Below are positions 8,846-16,444 of a stretch of 32,000 nt of DNA, piece after piece; positions within the stretch are counted from its first letter, which is position 1; every line of letters begins with the position of its first letter. The translations under genes were made by a program, and so were the position numbers. A model generated the notes under the pieces. The model ran no database searches, was not told where the DNA came from, and saw only the letters and a list, made by a program, of their open reading frames with translations. The stretch is taken from assembly GCF_001902295.1 (NCBI RefSeq), contig NZ_CP018335.1:1926702-1958701 (forward strand), read 5' to 3'. Source of the stretch: Clostridium kluyveri. GTDB lineage: Bacteria; Bacillota; Clostridia; Clostridiales; Clostridiaceae.

Positions 8846-10240
8846 GTGGAAAAAGAATTATTAGAAAATAATCAGCTTAAAAAAGGTTTAAAAAATCGTC
8901 ATATGCAGATGATTGCCATCGGAAGTGCCATTGGAGTTGGTTTATTTTATGGCTCAGCTGATGCCATAAAGATAAGTGGTCCTTCAATTATTTTAGCTTA
9001 TCTAATTGGAGGAGTGTTCATACTTTTTATTATGAGGGCACTTGGTGAGCTTGCAGCAGATGATCCTAATTCAGGGTCTTTTAGTTATTACGCAAATCGT
9101 TATTTAGGTCGTTTTGCGGGATTTTTTACCGGCTGGACTTATTGGTTTGAGGCGATATTATGCATTATGGCAGAAGTTACAGCTCTGGGAATTTATGTTC
9201 AATTTTGGTTTCCGTCATTTCCGAGATGGTTAACTGCTTTAATATTTTTGCTAATGTTAATTTTAATTAATTTACTTGGTGTTAAACTCTATGGAGAATT
9301 TGAATTTTGGTTTTCATTTTTTAAAGTGGCTGCTATTGTATGTATGATTATTTTTGGAGTGTTAATAATATTCTTTGGTTTTGCCAATGGAAAGCATGCT
9401 GTTGGAATTTCTAATCTTTGGGCTCATGGGGGCTTTTTTTCTAATGGAGCCGAAGGGTTTGTATTGTCATTTATTTTTGTAACATTTGCTTTCGGAGGTG
9501 TGGAACTCACTGGTGTAACTGCAGGTGAAGCAGAAGAACCTAAAAAGTCAATACCAAAAGCAATAAATAGTGTATTTTGGCGTATATTGATTTTTTATGT
9601 TGGTTCTATGTTTGTTATGCTGTCACTTTATCCGTGGAATAAAATTGGCTTAAATGGAAGTCCATTTGTGCTTATATTTGCTAAAGTTGGAATTCCATAT
9701 GCTGCATCAATTATTAATCTTGTAGTGATAACAGCTGCACTTTCTGCTGTAAATAGTAACTTGTACGCTATAGGAAGGTTGCTTTATAGTTTATCTTTAA
9801 ATAATAATGCTCCAAAAGCATTTGCAAAAATAGATAAATCAGGGGTACCTAAAATTGCTATTTTGTTTAGTGGTTCATTAACGTTAGTTGCTGTAGTATT
9901 GAACTATCTTATTCCTGCTAAAGTCTTTTTATATCTTTCATCAATATCAACTTTAGCCATTGTGTGTGCTTGGGGAGCTATAGTTTTAACTGAATTAAAG
10001 TCAAGAAAAGAAAAGATCTCCAATAATGAAGAAATAAATTTTAAAATGCCTTTATATCCGTTTTCATCATATATTACTATGGTGTATTTAGCGGCAGTTT
10101 TTGTTTCATTAGCATTTTTACCTAGCACAAGGGTAGCCCTCTACATTGCACCAATTTGGGTATTGATTCTGATAATTTTATATAAAGTCCTTATAAGAAT
10201 GGAAGAAAAACATATCCAAAATAGTGTAGCCAATAAATAA
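8846..10240 (+). CDS. APC-superfamily amino acid permease
   Basis: 464 aa; GTG start 7 nt after AAGGAGG (8832-38). The N-terminus LKKGLKNRHMQMIAIGSAIGVGLF is classic for this family, FEFWFSFFKV and GVELTGVTAGEAEEPKKSIPKAINSVFWRILIFY are present, and there are 12 TM-like segments. Confidence 0.85.
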   Translation: MEKELLENNQLKKGLKNRHMQMIAIGSAIGVGLFYGSADAIKISGPSIILAYLIGGVFILFIMRALGELAADDPNSGSFSYYANRYLGRFAGFFTGWTYWFEAILCIMAEVTALGIYVQFWFPSFPRWLTALIFLLMLILINLLGVKLYGEFEFWFSFFKVAAIVCMIIFGVLIIFFGFANGKHAVGISNLWAHGGFFSNGAEGFVLSFIFVTFAFGGVELTGVTAGEAEEPKKSIPKAINSVFWRILIFYVGSMFVMLSLYPWNKIGLNGSPFVLIFAKVGIPYAASIINLVVITAALSAVNSNLYAIGRLLYSLSLNNNAPKAFAKIDKSGVPKIAILFSGSLTLVAVVLNYLIPAKVFLYLSSISTLAIVCAWGAIVLTELKSRKEKISNNEEINFKMPLYPFSSYITMVYLAAVFVSLAFLPSTRVALYIAPIWVLILIILYKVLIRMEEKHIQNSVANK

Positions 10241-10273
10241 TGATTAAAATTATTAAGAAAGGACTGATTAAAA

Positions 10274-11116
10274 ATGGACTTTAATCCTATAAGTGAAGAT
10301 CCAGTAAAATTAGATAATAATTACCCTACATTAATAGATGGATTTACATGTGATAGTAATAATTCCAAACTTATGGGTACAATATATGTTGCTCAGGGAA
10401 AAGGGCCTCATCCCACGGTGCTTTTATTACATGGCATTCCCGGGTACGAACAAAATTCTGACATTGCACATGTTTTATTAAGAACGGGGTATAATGTAGT
10501 GATATTTCATTATAGGGGTAATTGGGGTAGTGAAGGGACTTATTCTATAGGACATATATTTGAAGATATAGAGAATGTAATCGAATTTTTGAAATGTAGA
10601 CAAAGTGTAGAGTCTTACAGAGTAGATAGTAAAAACATAATTTTAATTGGACATAGTCTTGGGGGATTTAGTGCACTTATGGCTGCATCAAATCATCCCG
10701 AAATAAAATTAGTAGCAAGTATTGCCGGATTTAATTTTGGATTATATGGAGAAATAATTTCAGCTAACAATAATTTGGTGAAGTCGGCTATTGAAAATTT
10801 TGAATTTATTAAATCACCTGTTATTAAGGGTATTACTCCTACTAAATTTGTAGAAGAAATCATAGAACATAGAAAGAAATGGAACATACTGAATATAATA
10901 AAAAAGTTGAAAGGTCATTCAGTGCTTATGATTGGAGGAATAAGAGATAATATATCACCCATAGAGCAAAATTTTAAATTAATTGTAGAAGCTCTAGAAA
11001 AAGAAAGGGTTGATTTCAAGGAAGTATTATTAGATGGGGATCATTGTTTTTCTGATAAGAGGATAGTTCTTACAAAAGAAATATTAAAATGGCTTCAGGT
11101 ATATATTAGAAAATAG
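10274..11116 (+). CDS. Alpha/beta-fold hydrolase
   Basis: 280 aa with the nucleophile elbow GHSLGG, an oxyanion-region LLLHG, and a C-terminal DGDH consistent with the catalytic His region. Confidence 0.7.
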   Translation: MDFNPISEDPVKLDNNYPTLIDGFTCDSNNSKLMGTIYVAQGKGPHPTVLLLHGIPGYEQNSDIAHVLLRTGYNVVIFHYRGNWGSEGTYSIGHIFEDIENVIEFLKCRQSVESYRVDSKNIILIGHSLGGFSALMAASNHPEIKLVASIAGFNFGLYGEIISANNNLVKSAIENFEFIKSPVIKGITPTKFVEEIIEHRKKWNILNIIKKLKGHSVLMIGGIRDNISPIEQNFKLIVEALEKERVDFKEVLLDGDHCFSDKRIVLTKEILKWLQVYIRK

Positions 11117-11125
11117 TAATGGTGA

Positions 11126-11332
11126 GCCGTAGTTAATCCCATACTCAAATGGTTAGCCACTGCTAAGTGTTATCGAATAGGCGTCCATCATAATCTTTTA
11201 ATCAAATACAATACAGAAGATGGGGATTTTATCATATTTTCCGGACCAAGTGGTTGTGGTAAAGCAACTTTATTAAATATGATTGGGGTAATTGAAAAAT
11301 TTGATAATGGGGAAATAATGCGCTTGACTTAG
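11126..11332 (+). pseudogene. Truncated N-terminal remnant of an ABC transporter ATP-binding gene
   Basis: A start-less 68-codon frame translates to ...IKYNTEDGDFIIFSGPSGCGKATLLNMIGVIEKFDNGEIMRLT*. Walker A is intact, but the frame stops about 25 residues later, with no Q-loop, signature or Walker B. Confidence 0.65.
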
Positions 11333-11354
11333 AGTTAACTCCAAGTGGTAAAGT
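11324..11354 (+). promoter_or_regulatory. MerR-type promoter/operator (19-bp spacer) upstream of the flavodoxin gene
   Basis: -35 TTGACT (11324-29), a 19-nt spacer and -10 TAAAGT (11349-54). The spacer carries the near-perfect palindrome ACTTAGAGTTAACTCCAAGT (11327-46), with one mismatched pair. Confidence 0.5.
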
Positions 11355-11408
11355 ATAAATAGTTATATTTTTTTATAAACCTATAAAAAAGAATAGGAGG
11401 ATTTAAAG

Positions 11409-11888
11409 ATGTCAAAAAGTCTTGTTGCATTTTTTTCATATTCGGGAAATACAGAGGTTATTGCAAATGTCATAAAAGAAAATGTTGGTGGTGAGCTTTT
11501 CCAAATAAAAACAGTTGAATCTTATCCAACTAATTATAATAGAGTTGTGGATAAGGCTAGACAGGAGCAAAGTGTCAATTACAGACCGGAACTAGCAGTA
11601 AAAGTCACTGGTATGGATTCTTATGACATAATTTACATTGGTTATCCTAATTGGTGTAATACAATACCAATGGCGGTATTTACATTCTTTGAGTCATATG
11701 ATTTTTCTGGAAAAACAATCATACCATTCTGCACACATGGTGGAGGTGGCATGGGTAGAAGCACAACAGATATCAAAAAACTTTGTCCAAATTCAAATGT
11801 CTTAGAAGGCTTAGCAGTCAGAGGAAGTAGTGTTAATAAAGCAGGAAAAGATGTATCAGCATGGTTGAGTGAAATTGGTGTTATTTAA
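11409..11888 (+). CDS. Flavodoxin-family protein
   Basis: 159 aa with RBS AGGAGG (11395-400). It has an N-terminal FMN phosphate-loop-like FFSYSGNTE, and short-chain flavodoxin-like length and layout. Confidence 0.7.
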   Translation: MSKSLVAFFSYSGNTEVIANVIKENVGGELFQIKTVESYPTNYNRVVDKARQEQSVNYRPELAVKVTGMDSYDIIYIGYPNWCNTIPMAVFTFFESYDFSGKTIIPFCTHGGGGMGRSTTDIKKLCPNSNVLEGLAVRGSSVNKAGKDVSAWLSEIGVI

Positions 11889-11930
11889 GAACGCTAAGTC
11901 AAACATTTGAAAACTTTTCTATAGGACTTC

Positions 11931-11961
11931 TTAACCTGGAGTTAATTCTAAATAGTAAGAC
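11931..11961 (+). promoter_or_regulatory. Second, degenerate copy of the MerR-type box upstream of the DUF362 gene
   Basis: TTAACC (11931-36), a 19-nt spacer and TAAGAC (11956-61). The core GAGTTAATTC (11939-48) sits in the same register as GAGTTAACTC (11332-41) in box 1. The right half-site is degenerate and the -10 is poor. Confidence 0.35.
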
Positions 11962-12019
11962 TTGGATATCAAAATTGAATTTATTAAATCAATATTTTTT
12001 AAAACAGGAGTGATTAAAT

Positions 12020-13150
12020 ATGGAAAAATCAAAAGTTTATTTTACAGATTTTCGTACGAAACTTGGAGAGGGTCTACCTACCAAGCTAAAAAGGCTGATT
12101 AAAGATGCAGGTATCGGACAAATCGATATGGATAATAAGTTCGTTGCAATCAAGATGCACTTTGGTGAACTTGGCAATCTAGGTTATCTTCGTCCAAATT
12201 ATGCTAAAGCTGTAGCCGACATGGTGAAAGAACTGGGGGGTAAACCCTTTCTAACAGACTGCAACACTCTATACCCTGGCAGCCGTAAGAATGCCCTTGA
12301 GCATCTAGAATGTGCGTGGGAAAATGGATTCACCCCCCTTACAGTAGGATGTCCTGTTATTATCGGAGATGGATTAAAGGGGACTGATGACATCGCGGTA
12401 CCTGTAATAGGTGGTGAATATATAAAAGAAGCTAAAATTGGCCATGCAATTATGGATGCTGATGTGTTTATCAGCTTAACTCACTTCAAAGGTCATGAAA
12501 TGGCTGGCTTTGGTGGTACCATTAAGAACATTGGAATGGGCTGTGGTTCCCGTGCTGGAAAAAAAGATCAGCATATTAATGGTAAACCTCATATCATAGA
12601 GGAGCAATGCCGAGGCTGCCAAAGATGCCAGCGTGAATGTGCTAATAATGGTCTGTTTTTTGATGATGTAAAAAAGAAAATGACTATCAACACAGAAAAT
12701 TGTGTTGGCTGCGGTCGTTGCCTAGGTGCATGTAATTTTGATGCAATCGAGTTTGCAAACTGGTCAGCCAGTGAAGAACTGAACTGCCGTATGGCAGAAT
12801 ACGCCAAAGCAGTAGTAGATGGCCGCTCTTGCTTCCATATTTCCCTTGTGGTGGATGTTTCACCTAATTGTGACTGCCACAGCGAAAATGATGCTCCGAT
12901 ACTTCCAAATCTAGGCATGTTAGCTTCATTTGATCCTTTGGCACTGGATCAGGCATGTGTGGATGCCTGTATGGAGGCTGCCCCGCTGATTAATAGCCAG
13001 CTGTCCGATAACATAGCAAAATCCGACTTTGTTGATCATCATGACCACTTCACTAACTCTACACCGGAATCGGAATGGCGTACTTGTCTTGACCATGCAG
13101 AAAAAATAGGAATCGGTACTCGTGAATATGAACTGATTGTTATTAAATAA
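12020..13150 (+). CDS. DUF362-domain Fe-S protein with 2x[4Fe-4S] ferredoxin insert (COG2768-like)
   Basis: 376 aa with RBS AGGAG (12006-10). Two ferredoxin motifs are present (CRGCQRCQRECANN and CVGCGRCLGACNFDAI). The N-terminal KVYFTDFR...FVAIKMHFGE resembles DUF362 proteins. GC is about 45-48% in three 60-nt lines counted by hand, against about 27-33% in neighbouring genes. Confidence 0.7.
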   Translation: MEKSKVYFTDFRTKLGEGLPTKLKRLIKDAGIGQIDMDNKFVAIKMHFGELGNLGYLRPNYAKAVADMVKELGGKPFLTDCNTLYPGSRKNALEHLECAWENGFTPLTVGCPVIIGDGLKGTDDIAVPVIGGEYIKEAKIGHAIMDADVFISLTHFKGHEMAGFGGTIKNIGMGCGSRAGKKDQHINGKPHIIEEQCRGCQRCQRECANNGLFFDDVKKKMTINTENCVGCGRCLGACNFDAIEFANWSASEELNCRMAEYAKAVVDGRSCFHISLVVDVSPNCDCHSENDAPILPNLGMLASFDPLALDQACVDACMEAAPLINSQLSDNIAKSDFVDHHDHFTNSTPESEWRTCLDHAEKIGIGTREYELIVIK

Positions 13151-13224
13151 CATAAGCTGTACACAAAGATTACTGTAATCTTGAAAAACAACAAATACTA
13201 GAAGCTAATGAACGATAATCAGCA

Positions 13225-13260
13225 AAATAGTCCCCAAATGTTTTGAGGGCTATTTTGTTG
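13225..13260 (+). terminator. Weak candidate terminator after the DUF362 gene
   Basis: ATAG(T)CCC ... GGGCTAT bulged hairpin (13227-13253) followed by TTTGTTG. Confidence 0.35.
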
Positions 13261-13299
13261 ATATTGAAACTATAGTTTTAATTCTGTTGATACTTTGAT

Positions 13300-13351
13300 A
13301 TAGACAACTCTCTATATCATGTATATAATATACATATAGAGAGTTGTCTAT
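13300..13351. promoter_or_regulatory. Promoter plus large inverted-repeat operator of the arsR-hgcAB operon
   Basis: Perfect 18-bp inverted repeat ATAGACAACTCTCTATAT (13300-17) / ATATAGAGAGTTGTCTAT (13334-51), 16 bp apart. The left arm overlaps a -35-like TAGACA (13301-06). TATAAT (13324-29) lies 17 nt downstream, inside the spacer. Confidence 0.6.
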
Positions 13352-13397
13352 GTGTATATACTAATAATATGATTACAGACCAATGGAGGTGGATCAA

Positions 13398-13745
13398 ATG
13401 AAACATAACTATGCTGAATATGTACCAATATTTAAAGCACTTGCAGATGAGACCAGATTAAAAATAGTTGATATGCTTTCCTGTGGTGAGATGTGTGCTT
13501 GTGATATTTTAGAGTTTTTTAATATTACACAGCCAACACTTTCATACCATATGAAGATTTTAACTGATTGTAATATTGTTAACGCCAGAAAAGAAGGTTC
13601 TTGGATGAAATACTCTCTAAACTTACTTAAATTTGAGACATTTGAGAAGTTCGTGAACGACATCAGTAAAAATACTGATGATTGCATATGCAAAAATTAC
13701 TGCAAAAATATTAAAAAATGTTCCGATGATTCTGAGTGCAAATAA
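13398..13745 (+). CDS. arsR: ArsR/SmtB-family metal(loid)-responsive transcriptional repressor
   Basis: Contains FKALADETRLKIVDML, a Cys triad LSCGEMCACDI in the position of the ArsR ELCVCDL As(III) site, and the wHTH ITQPTLSYHMKIL. I prefer ATG 13398 (GGAGGTG 13385-91 lies 6 nt upstream) over ATG 13383. The C-terminal tail is Cys-rich. Confidence 0.85.
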   Translation: MKHNYAEYVPIFKALADETRLKIVDMLSCGEMCACDILEFFNITQPTLSYHMKILTDCNIVNARKEGSWMKYSLNLLKFETFEKFVNDISKNTDDCICKNYCKNIKKCSDDSECK

Positions 13746-13783
13746 GTCTTATAGGAAATTAGAAATTTGGGAGGTTAGTAAAT

Positions 13784-14992
13784 TTGAATAATAACAATTA
13801 TTTCAATTCTGAAAGAAAGCTTAAGAAGAATTCTAAAGTAAAAATAGTAAGAATAAAGCAAAAACCTGATGATACATCTATTTCTTCTAACTATGAAACA
13901 GTACAGAACTCCTGTTGTTGTGGAAGTGAAAGCAAGGAATCATGTGAACACATTACTAAATATGATATAAAACAGAAATGGATAATTGGAGAAATAAGTA
14001 CCTCACAAGGCTGTGTACCATGCATTTCTACTAAATTGTCACTTACTGATATATGGGGTACATGGAAAGTACGCTTTGGAGTAAACAGAATGAATTATAA
14101 AATCAATTCAGGACTCTATGCAGTAGGAACACCTGATAACACAGCCCCTATTCTGGTAACATCAAACTATAAACTGACCTTTGATACTTTGAGAAAAGAG
14201 CTAGATGGGCTTAATGTATGGATAGTGGTACTAGATACGAAAGGGATAAATGTATGGTGTGCAGCAGGTAAGGGCACATTTGGAACTAAGGAACTTGTGA
14301 ACAGAATTTCAAAAGTAAGGCTTTCTCAAATTGTATCACACAAAACGTTAGTACTTCCTCAGCTTGGGGCACCTGGAATAAGTGCTCACCAAGTTACAAA
14401 ACAGTCTGGCTTTAAGGTGGTATATGGTCCTGTGAGAGCTAAAGATATAAAAAAGTTTTTAGAATCAGGAATGAACGCCACAGAAGAAATGCGTGAAGTA
14501 AAGTTTAATATAATTGACAGGGTGGTTCTGACACCAGTTGAATTTGTGAGTACTTTTAAAATTGCCATGTTAGTTTTTGGAATAATGTTTGTTATAAATT
14601 TATTTGCCGTTAATCCCTTTGGAGTAATTGATTTTTATGCATTTATAGGTGCATTGCTGGTGGGCTGTGTTATAACCCCTATATTACTGCCATGGATTCC
14701 AGTAAGGGCTTTTGCTGCAAAAGGCTGGATTATGGGACTTATTTGGGCAGTTACTGTAAATATACTTAATGGTTGGTCTGCAATACCGGAATATGGTGCA
14801 TTAAAAACCATTGCATATTTATTGATTTTGCCATCTGTAGCCTCATATTATGCTATGAACTTTACCGGATCTTCTACTTATACATCTTTTTCAGGTGTAA
14901 TAAAGGAGATGAAGATAGCAGTTCCTGCAATTGCTGTTTCAATAGGACTTGGAGTAGGATTGCTTTTAGTAAACAGCTTTATTCACATTTAA
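13784..14992 (+). CDS. hgcA: HgcA, corrinoid protein of the mercury-methylation pair
   Basis: 402 aa; TTG start 9 nt after GGGAGG (13769-74). The diagnostic cap-helix motif N-V-W-C-A-A-G-K is at residues 156-163 (14249-14272). The C-terminal ~150 residues form about 5 hydrophobic helices, as in HgcA and unlike soluble CFeSP. Confidence 0.85.
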   Translation: MNNNNYFNSERKLKKNSKVKIVRIKQKPDDTSISSNYETVQNSCCCGSESKESCEHITKYDIKQKWIIGEISTSQGCVPCISTKLSLTDIWGTWKVRFGVNRMNYKINSGLYAVGTPDNTAPILVTSNYKLTFDTLRKELDGLNVWIVVLDTKGINVWCAAGKGTFGTKELVNRISKVRLSQIVSHKTLVLPQLGAPGISAHQVTKQSGFKVVYGPVRAKDIKKFLESGMNATEEMREVKFNIIDRVVLTPVEFVSTFKIAMLVFGIMFVINLFAVNPFGVIDFYAFIGALLVGCVITPILLPWIPVRAFAAKGWIMGLIWAVTVNILNGWSAIPEYGALKTIAYLLILPSVASYYAMNFTGSSTYTSFSGVIKEMKIAVPAIAVSIGLGVGLLLVNSFIHI

Positions 14993-15002
14993 GGAGGTTA
15001 TT

Positions 15003-15302
15003 ATGAAGAATAAGTATTTGAAAAATGTCTGTACACTTAAGGTTGATTCAGATAAGTGTGTTGGTTGCGGAAGATGTATTGAGGTCTGCCCGCATAAAGT
15101 ATTTAATCTAAATAAAAGTAAAATTGAACTTGTTAATAAAGACGCTTGTATGGAATGTGGTGCATGTGCAAAAAACTGTGCCTTTAATGCCATTGAGGTA
15201 AAATCAGGCGTTGGATGTGCCTACGCAGTTATAATGGGATGGCTTTTAGGCACTGAACCTACATGTGATTGTTCAGGTGACAACAGCAGTGGATGCTGTT
15301 AA
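15003..15302 (+). CDS. hgcB: HgcB, 2x[4Fe-4S] ferredoxin partner of HgcA
   Basis: 99 aa. Motifs are CVGCGRCIEVCP and CMECGACAKNC (the HgcB-typical CMECGA), an extra Cys72 and a C-terminal vicinal Cys pair (..SSGCC*). The RBS AAGGAGG (14991-97) overlaps the hgcA stop codon. Confidence 0.85.
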   Translation: MKNKYLKNVCTLKVDSDKCVGCGRCIEVCPHKVFNLNKSKIELVNKDACMECGACAKNCAFNAIEVKSGVGCAYAVIMGWLLGTEPTCDCSGDNSSGCC

Positions 15303-15321
15303 ATAGAATGGAGTGACTTAT

Positions 15322-16377
15322 ATGAGTATCGAACCCAAAAACAAATTGTCTTTTTTAGATAAGTTTTTAACACTTTGGATTTTTATTGCAATGGCAATAG
15401 GTATTTTATTAGGTTGGGGAGTTCCAGGTTTATCAGAGGAATTATCTAAATTATCTGTTGGTACTACATCTATACCCATAGCAATTGGACTTATTGTAAT
15501 GATGTATCCCCCACTTGCAAAAGTAAACTATAAGGAGATTGGAAAGGTATTTAGGAATCCAAAAGTTTTAGGATTATCACTTATCCAGAACTGGATTATA
15601 GGACCAATACTAATGTTTATACTTGCAGTAATTTTTTTGAAATCATATCCTGCATTTATGACAGGACTTATATTAATTGGTCTTGCAAGATGTATTGCTA
15701 TGGTTATTGTGTGGAATAGTTTAGCTGACGGCGATACGGAATATGCGGCAGCTCTTGTAGCGTTTAATTCTATATTCCAAATTATATTTTATTCTATATA
15801 CTCTTATATTTTTATTACAGTCTTACCAACTTGGATTGGTCTTACAGGTTACAAGGTAGATATATCAATGGGAGCAGTTGCTTCATCAGTAGCAGTTTAT
15901 CTGGGAATACCATTTGCGTTAGGTATATTAACAAGACTTTTATTAGAACCTAAAATGGGCACTGAATGGTACACAAAAAAGTTTATTCCTAAAATAAGTC
16001 CTTTGGCATTAATTGCTTTATTATTTACTATAATAATTATGTTTACTTATAAGGGGAAATATATAGTGGAGTTACCTATGGATGTGATAAGAATAACTAT
16101 ACCACTTATAGTTTATTTTGCTATTATGTTTACAGTTTCCTTCTTTATTAGCTTTAAAGCTGGTATTGATTATAAAAAAACGACTACTCTTGCATTTACG
16201 GCTGCAAGTAATAACTTTGAACTTGCTATTGCTGTAGCAGTTGCGGTGTTTGGGGTAGAATCTAAAGAGGCATTTACAGCAGTAATAGGACCACTTGTTG
16301 AAGTTCCAATTATGATAGGACTTGTGAATGTAGCTCTTCATTGGGGAAGAAAGTATTTTGGTTTAAAACAAGAATAA
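15322..16377 (+). CDS. acr3: ACR3-family arsenite efflux transporter
   Basis: The N-terminus [23 protein letters not shown], the conserved Cys context [12 protein letters not shown] and the conserved Glu context [13 protein letters not shown] are present, with about 10 TM segments. ATG 15322 lies 8 nt after GGAG (15310-13); the track's GTG 15313 overlaps that RBS. Confidence 0.85.
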   Translation: MSIEPKNKLSFLDKFLTLWIFIAMAIGILLGWGVPGLSEELSKLSVGTTSIPIAIGLIVMMYPPLAKVNYKEIGKVFRNPKVLGLSLIQNWIIGPILMFILAVIFLKSYPAFMTGLILIGLARCIAMVIVWNSLADGDTEYAAALVAFNSIFQIIFYSIYSYIFITVLPTWIGLTGYKVDISMGAVASSVAVYLGIPFALGILTRLLLEPKMGTEWYTKKFIPKISPLALIALLFTIIIMFTYKGKYIVELPMDVIRITIPLIVYFAIMFTVSFFISFKAGIDYKKTTTLAFTAASNNFELAIAVAVAVFGVESKEAFTAVIGPLVEVPIMIGLVNVALHWGRKYFGLKQE

Positions 16378-16444
16378 TTATATTTATTATGTGTTGTGAA
16401 TTTAATTAAGAAATGATAATAAAGTACATGAGAGGAGAAAATTT

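Noticed and set aside
14773-15006. Same-strand alternative-frame ORFs inside hgcA (14773-15006) and inside the LysP-like permease (27611-27862).
   Set aside because: They are fully embedded in well-supported genes, have no RBS, and translate to Cys/Arg/Ile-rich nonsense. I see no evidence for overlapping genes.
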